From Heterodontus francisci (lineage: Eukaryota), in assembly GCF_036365525.1 (NCBI RefSeq), contig NC_090399.1, positions 20,098,529-20,162,528 on the forward strand: a stretch of DNA of 64,000 nucleotides, in the 5' to 3' direction. The position numbers and the translations under genes are program-made. Shown here piece after piece: positions 45,943-58,497 of the stretch (positions are counted from its first letter, which is position 1; each line of letters begins with the position of its first letter). The notes below the pieces were generated by a model, which saw only the letters and a program-made list of their open reading frames with translations, was not told the origin of the DNA and did no database searches.

Positions 45943-46841
45943 CGAACCTGCTGTCAGTTTTGGTTCTTTTCCAAAGGAAATGCGGTCTTTCCAAAGGAAT
46001 CACTCGTTATATGATGGCCATGGCAGTGGGAGACCTCATGGTCCTTATCTTTAATGTTATTGTGAACGAAATCATCAAGTATCATTTTCCAGATTCATTG
46101 CTGAACTACACTTCCGCGTGTCGTTTTAGTGCCCTCATGCAAGGGTTTAGCATTCAGCTCTCTATCTGGTTCACACTGTCGTTCACCTTTGACCGTTTTG
46201 TCGCAATTTGTTGCCAGAAATTGAAATCAAGATATTGCACCGAAAGGACAGCCACCACGGTTATAACGACCATGTGTGTGCTCAACATTTTGAACAATAT
46301 CCCCATGCCTTTCCGCTATGAACCCGATTATACTCTCAACAATATACAGTGGGGCTGCCGCACCGTCACAGGATATTTTACTTCACCCGCATGGAAGATT
46401 CACCAATGGATTACCATCCTCTCAAATGCATTACTTCCAATTCCTTTGCTGCTGCTGTTGAACTCTCTCACCGTCAGGCACATTTTATTAGCCAGTAGAG
46501 CTCGCAAAGCCCTGAAGAGCAACAACAATGGAAAAACCGGCAGTGATCCCGAGATGAAGAACAGAAGAACATCCATCATTCTACTCTTTGCTATCTCGGG
46601 CACTTTTATTGTGTTGTCGGCGCCTATTACCGTAATACACATCTGTGTCGGTGTCACACAGACAGTCGATTTCCAAGGTTCAAACTCACTTTATTTGGCA
46701 ATTAGAATCACATTTCTGTTGATGTGCACCAGCTCCTGTACAAACACTTGTATTTATGCACTGACACAGAGGAGATTCAGAGCAGAGATCAAAAATATGG
46801 TGAAATATCCGTATTATCTCATTGTTAAATTATTTAAATAA
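45943..46841 (+). CDS. GPR139-like class A GPCR copy 3, coding exon 2 (320 aa spliced)
   Basis: Acceptor attctcccag|CG. Intact 899-nt exon with the same 7TM motifs. Confidence 0.93.
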
Positions 46842-49800
46842 TTGTTGAATAAAGTAAGTGAAATCAAACTTCAATTAATTGCCTGGCATTTTCTTTGCAA
46901 CTTTCACAATGTCTTTTAAAGTTCGAAGGGCAACACATCTCACAGTTTGGAAGAGTCCATTTGATGTATAAATTCCACTAAGAATTTGAACAAGTTGAGG
47001 AGGCAGAATCATCCCCTTCAGAATCTCTGGTTGCGGTTGTTTATCCGGTTATTAATGTCCACGCACTTTGAATGCCGAATTGGAGGATGATGTGACATAG
47101 CAGAGCACCTTGACAGGTTCAAATAATAAAGATCTTTCAACACACTGACATCCGAATTTGGAGCAGGAGTAGGCCTGTCATTCCTTCGAGCCTGCTCCGC
47201 CATTTGATAAGATCATGGCAGATCTGGTTATGGCCTCAAATTTCCTGTCTACCTGATGTAATTTTGACTCCCTTATCAATCAGGATTCTATCTAAAACAG
47301 CACTTCAAGAGTCAGATCACCATGAAATACAATGGGATATTGTGTTTGATGGCAGGTGTTATGGAATATAAATATAGAGATTTAGTGGTGAATCTCTCCC
47401 AGACTTTTGTGAGACCAAACCCGCAGTATTTTGTGCTGTTTTGGACTCAACACTGTTGGCCAATTTGGATGTAATAGTGAGGACACAGCGTAGTAAACTC
47501 ACTAGCAAGATGTCGGACATGAATAAATCCAAATATGAAAAATGAGTTCGTTCTCAATCAGAAGAGAAGAGACTTCAGGCTGAATTAATAGAGATGGTTG
47601 CAGTAATGAAAGCCTGGAGCAGAATAGATAGATGCAACGATTGATGGGTCTATCAGCAGTGAACATAGATCTTGAGAGTAAATGAAAGAGATTTAGGACA
47701 GAGAACAGAAGAAACTTTGTGACACCTAGAATTGTGAAGCTGTGACTTGGATTTTTGGAGTTATTGATTGAAGCAGAGACTGAGACCACTTTAACGGGTT
47801 TGATATGATGTTTCAAGACCAATGAATAAAGTAATATTGGAGCAGTGCGACCAGATATGATTAAAACTATTGCTTATGTAGATGACAAATACAGATGTGG
47901 GTTGATCTGCCCCAACGACCTGCTTTCGTGTTGCAATTTCTATGAAAATCATTTTTTCGTGTGGTAATTGATTTGTTTTCTTCTGCTGGCAAGACTTCAT
48001 GTTTGGCCAATTCCTTGCAGCCCTGAGGATGTGATGGCCAGCCTTCAATTTTACCTGCTGCTCCCCTTCTGATGGTGCAGCAGCGATGATGCCAGGAAGG
48101 GAATCCCAGGATACAGATACAGCGACCATGAACAAATTGTGACATATGTCTAAGCTAGAATGGTATGTGACTTACAAATGATGATGTTCCAATGATATTT
48201 TGTCCCTGTGCTTCTCGGTGGGAGAGGTTACAGGTGAGGAAGGTGCTGTCGAATTAAACTTGATGGTTTGCTGCATTGCATCCGATAAACTGTATTTTCA
48301 GGAACCATTGTGTGTCAGCTGCAGAGGGAAGGACACTGAGCTCAGGGACATGGGCACTGATGAAGGGAACTGCTCTGTCCCGTATGAGATCGAGCTTCTT
48401 GAGTTGTATAGTTCCTGCACCCATCCTGTCGATTGGTCTATATTCCCTCACACACCTGACTTGTGGCCTTTACTTGATGTTGAGGATTTGGAACGGGATC
48501 GGGGTGAAGGGAGAGGTGCGAGCGGATGTGTGCCACTCTGAGACGCTGTGGTACTGATAGTTAGCGGGTAAAACAATATCAAATTGATGCAGTATGTATT
48601 GCTCTTCTGAGATTTCAACTGATGAAATGTGTTGCAGCAAAGTAGTGGAAGTTTCTTCAGTCTCCATTTAAGCTGTGCTCCAGCTGACCTTAGCGTGTCT
48701 CCACGCAAAACTGTGAAAATTCTTGGCAATGCTTACAAGCTCAATCAGGCTGATCATGTAAGATATTCTATTCTCTCATTAATAGTGAATCTTTTACAAA
48801 GGCAATGAATAAACCGGATCTGGTGGCTACCTCAACACGGTGCAGGGTTGGTACCCCAACGTTCTCCCGACGTCTGGTTCCCGACCCCCAGAAGGAAAAT
48901 CCTTTTCACCAAAAGGAGGCACGGTTGTCTTGGCAACAAGTCCACTGTCACACTGAGGCCCTGTCACTAACTGAAAAACGACAGGTGGGAACCCTTCCAG
49001 CGCTCTCGACAAGTCTTTTCTTTTCCCCTTGCAGAACCTGCGTTTCCAGTTTTTTTTTTTAACTTTCTGTCGTTTGGAAATCCCACAGACGATGTTCTAA
49101 TCTTCATTCTCAATATGGATGGGATAACCAGCGGGATTCCTGCAGAAATAATTTCCCTATCCCTCTCCACGTTATGGCAGGAGATGGGGAGAACCCACCC
49201 ACAACCACATCCTCTCCCACCCATTGGAAATTCCATCCCTCAAAAATATTTCTTCTGGCAGAATATTTCGCAGCTGTGTCATATTGTTCTTGTATTTGAC
49301 AGAGAGTTGGACCTTGTGATTGAGAAACTGCAGGTATGTTTCAGGCCGTTGACCCAATATAAATGGCCTCCTTCATTTTGCAGCACATCTCATGACTTTG
49401 GGTTTCTACTTGCTTTTGGCTTGACCAAATGTTCTCGTTTCGCCCTCGTTCCTGCTCTCGAGCAGTGGCTTTTACTGAATTTTCTTTTCTTCACACAACT
49501 CAGATTTGTCGTGATCACCCATTTTGCAGCATTATCCAAATTTAAAATTGCACCGCCACCGCCGCACAACTCCCCTCATCCCTCGCTCAGTTCCAATCCT
49601 AGAAGAAACCATTCTGTCCTTTTTCAGCGTGGTAGCATTCTTGCCTCCTCGTCAGAACGTCACCAGAGACTTAAACGCACAATCTAGGCTGCCGCTCCAG
49701 TGAGGGAGTGCTGCACTGTCGTAGGTGCTATCTTGTGGATGAGACATTAAACCAAGGCCCTGCCTGCCCTCTCAGGTGGACGGAAAAGACGCTGTGTCAC

Positions 49801-51914
49801 TATTTTAAGGACTTCACCCCTTCCTCGGCTCTTCGGCTGCTGAAACCCTCATCCAGGACTTTGTTACCTCTAGACTTGACTATTCCAATGTTCTTACGAC
49901 CAGTCTTCCACATTCTTCCCTCATAAATTTGAGGGCATCCGAAACCTTGCTCCCCACGTCTGAACACACACCAAGTCCTGTTCACCAACACCCCTGTGTT
50001 TGCTTACTCATTTTGGCTATCAGTTTAGTAATAAATTGATTTTAAAATTCCCATCCTTGTTTTCAAATGCCACCATGGTCTCACCCCTCCCTATCTCTGT
50101 AATCTCCTACAGCCCCACAACCCTCTGGGATATCTACACTGCCCGACCTGAACCCGATGGGACCTGACATGTGTCTGGTCACTCTTCTGGGCCCGTTTTT
50201 CGGGCTTATGTCGCGTCTGAGTCAGACACACACAGTATTAATTGGACTTGAAAGGTTGTTTAAAAGGATTAAGATTGGAGCCATGAAGTCAGTGATTGTT
50301 TGGTCACAAGTTAAACAGAAACCCATGGAGTTGTGCCATTCAGGTTGTGCCACGCTGTACCAGTATCCGCATTGCTTAAAATAAAAACCTCAATTGCCCG
50401 AAGGCTCAGAAAATATCATTATACATTAACTAGACTCCTGCTTTACAGGTCGAAATACTTGCTGTAAGTTTATCCAGTGAGCAGCTGAGATGCCGAGACC
50501 AGGAAGGTCCTGAGTGATTAATTATTATTACAGTACTGTACTGTATGTGTGGTAGAATGGAGTCCTGACAGTGATCATTTTATATTTTTTTATATAAATA
50601 CTGTATATTTTATAATAATTAATCTCTCAGGACTTTCCTGGTCTCTGCATCTCAGCTGCTCACTGGATAAACTTGCAGCAAGTATTTCAACTGAAAAAGT
50701 GAAAAACAGATTCGGAGTTGGAAGGTAGGTAAAGTGAACATTCCGTTGGTCGGGTTGGGTCGGACTCGGGTCGGGTTGGGCATGGGAAAAAATGGAAGGA
50801 CTCAGACCAGGTTGGGCTCGGGTATGATGTGGTTCTGTTGTTTTTTTTTTCAGACCCGAGCAGGCCTTTCATCTACGCTTCTCTGATTCTGGCCTCGTGA
50901 GCTCCAACATTGGTGGCTGTGACTTCAGGTGCCTAGCCCCAAGCTCTGGAATTCCCTCACTCAACCTCTCCACTTCTCTCTCCTCCTTAAAGAAATTCAT
51001 TAAAAACCTACCACTCTGACCAAGCTTTTGGTCATCAGCTATAATATCATCTTATGTCACTTGGTCAAAGTTTGCTTATAATGCTCTTGTGAAGTGCCTT
51101 GTGATGTTATATTACATTAAAGGTGCAATATAAATGCAAGTTGTTTTTGTTGTTGTTGAAGAAGACTGGGGGTGTTCTCCCCAACTTCACTAAAACAAAT
51201 GATCTAGTCATTTATCTCATTGCTGTTTGTGGGAGTTTGCTGCTGTGTGTAAACTGGATGCTGCATTGTCTACATTTCAAGAGTGACTGCATTTCAAAAA
51301 GGAGTCGAATTGGCTGTGATGCACTTTTGGATGTCCTGGGGTGGTGAAAGCTGATTTATAAATGGAAATCTTTCAGGTCTTGCTTTACTGAAGACCAGCG
51401 TGGTCTGAAATGCTCAGGAAGATGACTGTGCATACAAACGAACAATTCAAAGGTCAGGTGCATCAGAAGGGAAAAACTCAGGTAGCACAGACACTGAGAG
51501 ATATATGAAGCAGGAAAGCAAATTTGAATCAAAACAAGGGAAAGTGTATTAGCACACTTCCAAATAGAAATAATCAGAATAAGTATAGACAATCAAAACT
51601 GTTAGGAATCAATTCACAGAAGTCATCCAAATACTTGGTTCAATTACAGGCATCACACAGGCACACTCACACACACTCACACATAGAGTAACACACACAG
51701 GTTGGAGTGTGTCACAAAGAGTAACACACGGGGCGGAGTGAGTCTCTCACACACACAGAGTAACACAAAGGCTGGAGTGTGTCAAACACACACAGAGTAA
51801 CACAAAGGCTGGAGTGTGTCACACAACATGACACGCAGGTTGGAATTTTCAAACACACTAAGCAACATACAGGCAGGGTCAGGCACACAAACAGAGTAAC
51901 ACATAGGCTGGGGT

Positions 51915-54900
51915 CAGTCTTTAAACATTAATCTTTATTGCATAATAACTATATACACTCCACACTAGCCTGTGTGTCTCCTTCAAAAGCCTTGCTGTAA
52001 CTGTTCTTGAGTCTCTCCCACATGATTTCTTAACTCATCCTGGTGGGCAGTAATCTTTACGTTCTCTCAAGATTAACCCTTTGATACCCTTATACTACAT
52101 TTTCCCCACGTTTTTAGCCTAAGATATATTTAGACACATTCATTTTTTCATTTACACGCTATCCTATCTCCTCCCAAGTCTCTGACTTCATAGATTCAAC
52201 CTATCAGGAGGCTTCACAACTCTCCCTAATCTTGGTGGTCGTCAGATGTGAAAGATTGATAATCTTTCTCTGATCCCTTGTTTCTTGACTTGGACGGTCT
52301 TCGTTGAGTTTTGTAGCATTTGGCACTTTTTGATTTTTCGGTTCATCATCTGAGTCGTCTAACTGTGTAACTAACGTCTTTGATGTAAAGGAATAAGATT
52401 CCTTCTATTTCTCCATATAGGACCTTCTTGAGTCCATAGTAGAGAAGATCGCTGTTGATTCTCATCTTTCTGGAGAATTACCCTGTCTCTCTTTTGGTCT
52501 CGTACCCATACTTTTTGCCCTTCTGACAACTTTGGTAGGTTTCAGGTACGGAACCTTCTGTTATGATAATGGGTCTGCTTGTTTCAATATGACTTTTCTA
52601 TGTCCAGTATTTTCTGATAATCCTTGCCTTGCAATCCTGGAAGTAACTTCTTGCATAGAATTGGAAATTGCTTTTGAAGTTTTCATTAAGAGTTGTGATG
52701 GCGTTAATCTGCACAATAATGGAGTAGTTCTGTATGTCAGTCGTGCTAAATGGAAGTCTCTTTTTTTTCAATCAACAGAATTTTAATGGTTCTGACTGCT
52801 CGCTCAGCTTCTCCATTTGATTGTGGATACTTAGGAGAGCTTGTTAGGTGAACAAATCCACATTATTCTGCAAAGTGCGTGAAGTAATCGTTTGCAAATT
52901 ACAGTCCATTATCAGATAATATGTGATCAGGTATACCAGGTGTTGTGAAACTTCTTGTAAAACTCTGATGACTGCTTCAGTTGTTGTTGTGTTGTCCATC
53001 TTAACTTCGATCCATCCTGAGAAGTAATCAACTATAATTAGCTAGGCTCTTCCTTCAAAGAAGAACAAATCCACGGTCTAGTTGAGAATTGGGTCGAAAT
53101 TAGAGGTTCTCTTTGATCTTGTCTTCCCCAGCTTCTTCCCCAGTTCTCTGTCCGTGTAGCACTCCTGTGAAACTTACTGCATTTCTGTTTCTCTCTCTGC
53201 TAATCTTTGAGCAGCACGGCGGGCTGTGAAATATTGCATTGTGTGGGCTCTGTAGCGAAATCTGGACTCTCTGCAAAACTCAGGTCAGGGTCGGGGGCTC
53301 TTCCTCTGTCCTCACTCCTGGATTATTCTCGTTAATCTACTTCAACTTTCTCAATAATATGAAGATCAATAAAAGTTCTTCTACTTAAGACTGTGAACTC
53401 CTGATTTCATAGGACGTACAGTGTTTCTAATATTTACTTTCCATTATATTGAAGCGTTGCTTGTAACTTCCCCTTTACTTCAAGTACAAGACCTCCTGGG
53501 CCATGCAACTGAGTTTCTATTGCTTGCTCCGGTGTCAAGTTTGAAATGTGTCTGCTGACCAAAATGCTCGTTTCGGATCATTGATCTCACCCAGAAAATA
53601 TTTCGATTGGTCTGCTGCAGGAGCTTCTGTAACTTCATTTATCTCTCTATTCTTAACTACTTTTCCTTTAGAGGTTGATGTGGTCACGATTTTATTTCAG
53701 CATAATCTTACTGAGATGCCCTATTTTTCTGTAATAAAGGCATTCTGCTCTATTGGCGGGACACTGTCCATGCCTGTGGGATGTTTTTGCACCACAATGT
53801 TTAAGGACATCTTTTGCTCTGCCCCCTGGTGTTCCTGTTTTCCTGGTACCTCTTGTTCAGCCGTCTGGTGAAGGAACGGAACTGTTACAGGAGGATTCCT
53901 GTACCGGGGTCTTTCCTCACCTCGTATGATTGGTCTGTTATTGCTGCAATAATTGACGTCGGCAACAAAAGCTTTCAAGACTTGTTCAAATTTTGTTGAT
54001 TTTCTCAATACGCTGCTATTATATCATCAGCTACAGCACCAATTAAATACAATTATGTATTCATTATGGATCCCTTGTGACTTTTGAAACTCTCTGGAAC
54101 TCCCAATTTTTGATCCATTTTTAAAAAATTTATAGACTTTTTAGCGTGTTCCCCTTTCAGAAACTCTTTTTCTCACACTAGCTTGCTTTGATGGAGTGTA
54201 GCAGGTGCTTGAGAGAGTTCCTGATGTTTTAAATAGGCTTTCTCGGGGTTTTCCCTTTGCTTAAGCAGCTCACTTATATCTTTATTTATTTAGAGATACA
54301 GCACTGAAACAGGCCCTTTGGCCCACCGAGTCTGTTCCAATCAACAACCACCCATTGATACTAACCCTACACTACCCCCATATTTTCTACCACATCCCCA
54401 CCATTCTCCTACCACCTGCCTACACTAGGGGCAATTTACAATGGCCAATTTACCTATCAACCTGCAAGTCTTTTGGAGGTGGGAGGAAACTGGAACACCC
54501 GGCGGAAACCCACGCAGACACAGGGAGAACTTGCAAACTCTGCACAGGCAGTACTCAGAATCGAACCCGGGTCGCTGGAGCTGTGAGGCTGCAGTGCTAA
54601 CCACTGTGCCACTGTGCCATTGACAGCTGACGCAGCTATCTATTGGAATTAACAGCGCTGTTCCATAGACAGTTTCAGGGTTTTCCCCTTTTCTTTTTAA
54701 GATCACGAGATACTTCAAGCTTGACTGCTTTAATGATTTTTTCAGGCTTGGCTGCATTAATGGAGATTCTGCTGTATTCGGGGTTTCCCTGCCCTATTTT
54801 CTCTTCAGTATCGGACTTTTCCCGTACATTTTTTTCAGTTCGTGTACTTTTCAGGGTTTTCTCCACTCTCCACCCTTGCATTCAGCTGAGTGAGGGATGG

Positions 54901-55434
54901 GTTGACCCCATTGCTTTTTTCTTTCAATCTCACACTGAGCCTTTGGAAAAAATAATTTGGAAAAACTCTTCAAAGTCTTTTTTTAAAACCAGGATTTCTC
55001 AGTCATCAGCACTATGATTCACCCAATTGCCTGTTTGCAGCCATGCTTCCATTCCATGGAGCTTCTCTCAGCCTTCAAAGATCTGTTGTTTCTTTTTATC
55101 TTTTCAGATACTTATTTTAAATTCTCTCTTCTGGCTGAAGGATGCTAGTTACTTCAAACTTTTTCTTCTGGGTGTAGAATCCCTCCACTGTTCACCATAT
55201 TAGATGTTTGGTTCTTCATGCTGCCACCGTCAGAGAGGTTCTTAGACTGTCGTGTTTAAACATTAATAATTATTGCATTGTAAGGATATACACTTCACAC
55301 CAGCCTGTGTGTCTCCTTCAATAACCACGCTGTAACTGTTCCCAAGTCTCTCCCACATAATCCCTTACATCATCATGGTGGGCAGTAATCTTTATGTTCT
55401 CTCAAGATTAACCCTTTGATACATTTAGATGACA
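51915..55434 (-). mobile_element. Decayed Gypsy LTR element, unit 3 copy
   Basis: Colinear with 14546-18053, with LTR ends at 52099 and 55434. Confidence 0.85.
54281..54618 (-). mobile_element. HE1-like V-SINE, unit 3 copy
   Basis: Matches 16900-17237. Confidence 0.85.
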
Positions 55435-57277
55435 AAGCACACAGGCTGAAGTGTGTCACATACACACAGAGTAACACACAGGCTGCAGTGTGTCACATTC
55501 ACACAGATTAGCACACAGGCTAGAGGTATGACATACACGCATAGTAACACACAGGCTGCATTGTGTCACAGCAAAGAGTAACACACAGGCTGCAGTGTGT
55601 CACAGACACACAGAGGAACACACTGGCTGCAGTGTGTCACATTCACACAGATTAGCACACAGGCTGGAGGTATCACATACACACATAGTAACACACAGGC
55701 TGCATTGTGTCACAGCAAAGAGTAACACACAGGCTGGAGTGTGTCACACTCACACAGAGGAACACACAGGCTGGAATGAGTCACAAATGCAAAGTAACAC
55801 CACAGACTGGAGCCAGTCTCTCTCTCTCACAGAGTGGCACAGAGGCTGGAGTGTGTCACATACACAAAGTAACACACAGGCTGCAGTGTGTCACACAGAG
55901 TAACACGCAGGTTGGAATGAGTCACAAATGCAAAGTAACACACAGGCTGGAGTCAGTCTCACTCGCACACACAGAGTAACACACAGGCTGGAGTTTGTCA
56001 CATACACAGAGTAACACACAGGCTGGAGTATGTCACATACACAGAGTAACACACAGGCTGGAGTATGTCACATACACGCAGAGTAACACAAGTTGGAATG
56101 AGTCACAAATGCAAAGTAACACACAGGCTGGAGTCAGTCTCACACACACACACACACAGAGTAACACACTGGCTGGAGTGTTTCACACACACACACAGAG
56201 TAACACACCGGCTAGAGTGGGTCACACACACAGGGAATGTATCCATCTTGCGGATTTTCTGACGGTGGAATTGGATTTGGGCGGCACTTCCGCTCCCTCT
56301 CTTTTTGCCTGTTGCCACCCGATTACAAGTGGAAATCAAAGTTTCAGCTGCGGGCATGGGAGATACATGCGATCATGTGGTGCGGAATACTTTTCATGGT
56401 GGAGCCTGCTGTCATTCAGGGAAGCATTATGCATGGCATTGGTATAAATAATCCTTCAGTGCAATCAGGGAGGTTCATCAACGAGGCCAGTCTTTTTCAG
56501 AGACTTCTAGGCTTTTCCCCTTAAATCTTACCCACCCTCACCCATCTTTACACCTGTCGCAAACAAAGGCTATGGACCCTGGCAACATTACGGCAATAGC
56601 ACTGAGGACCTGTGCTCCAGAACTTGCCGCGCCCCCAGACAAGCAGATTTGAGATGGTGCGGGAGGGGCGGGGCGGCGGGTGCGGGCGGGGGGCGGAATA
56701 GTAACTGCAGTGAGACTGGGACACCAGCAGATGGAGATGCTGAGCCATTGCTGATGGGAAGGTTTGGTGCTGCTGAGAGTTTGAAAGTTTCCAAACACAG
56801 AGTAACACGCTGGCTGGAGTGTGTCACAGGCACAGAGTAACACACTGGCTGGAGTGTGTCACATACACAGAGTAACACGCTGGCTGCAGTGTGTCATATC
56901 CACAGAGTAACACACTGGCTGGAGTGTGTCACATACACAGAGTAACACGCTGGCTGGTGTGTGTCACAGGCACAGAGTAACACACTGGTTGGAGTGTGTC
57001 ACACGCACACACAGAATAACACACTGGCTGGAGGGTGTCACACACACACAGAATAACACACTGGCTGGAGTGTATCACACACACACGCACACTACACACA
57101 CACACACACAGAATAAAACACTGGCTGGAGTATGTCACGCACACAGAGTAACACACAGGCTGGAGTATGTCACATACACAGAGTAACACACAGGCTGGAG
57201 TATGTCACATACACGCAGAGTAACACAAGTTGGAATGAGTCACAAATGCAAAGTAACACACAGGCTGGAGTCAGTCT

Positions 57278-57309
<32 letters not shown>

Positions 57310-58488
57310 CACACTGGCTGGAGTTTGTCACATACACAGAGTAACACACTGGCTGGAGTGTTTCACACACACACACAGAGTAACACACCGGCTAGAGTGG
57401 GTCACACACACAGGGAATGTATCCATCTTGCGGATTTTCTGACGGTGGAATTGGATTTGGGCGGCACTTCCGCTCCCTCGCTTTTTGCCTGTTGCCACCC
57501 GATTACAAGTGGAAATCAAAGTTTCAGCTGCGGGCATGGGAGATACATGCGATCATGTGGTGCGGAATACTTTTCATGGTGGAGCCTGCTGTCATTCAGG
57601 GAAGCATTATGCATGGCATTGGTATAAATAATCCTTCAGTGCAATCAGGGAGGTTCATCAACGAGGCCAGTCTTTTTCAGAGACTTCTAGGCTTTTCCCC
57701 TTAAATCTTACCCACCCTCACCCATCTTTACACCTGTCGCAAACAAAGGCTATGGACCCTGGCAACATTACGGCAATAGCACTGAGGACCTGTGCTCCAG
57801 AACTTGCCGCGCCCCCAGACAAGCAGATTTGAGATGGTGCGGGAGGGGCGGGGCGGCGGGTGCGGGCGGGGGGCGGAATAGTAACTGCAGTGAGACTGGG
57901 ACACCAGTAGATGGAGATGCTGAGCCATTGCTGATGGGAAGATTTGGTGCTGCTGAGAGTTTGAAAGTTTCCAAACACAGAGTAACACGCTGGCTGGAGT
58001 GTGTCACAGGCACAGAGTAACACACTGGCTGGAGTGTGTCACATACACAGAGTAACACGCTGGCTGGAGTGTGTCATATCCACAGAGTAACACACTGGCT
58101 GGAGTGTGTCACATACACAGAGTAACACGCTGGCTGCAGTGTGTCATATCCACAGAGTAACACACTGGCTGGAGTATGTCACATACACAGAGTAACACGC
58201 TGGCTGGTGTGTGTCACAGGCACAGAGTAACACACTGGTTGGAGTGTGTCACACGCACACACAGAATAACACACTGGCTGGAGGGTGTCACACACACACA
58301 GAATAACACACTGGCTGGAGTGTATCACACACACACGCACACTGCACACACACACACACACAGAATAAAACACTGGCTGGAGTATGTCACGCACACAGAG
58401 TAATACACTGGCTGGAGTGTGTCACACACAAACACACACACAGAATAACACACTGGCTGGAGTGTGTACACACACAGAGTAACACACA
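55435..58488 (+). repeat. Minisatellite tracts (~55435-56233, 56794-57413, 57975-58488) with a tandemly duplicated non-repetitive island
   Basis: The island 56234-56793 is repeated at 57414-57974 (offset 1180). Confidence 0.92.
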
Positions 58489-58497
58489 GAATTAGAA

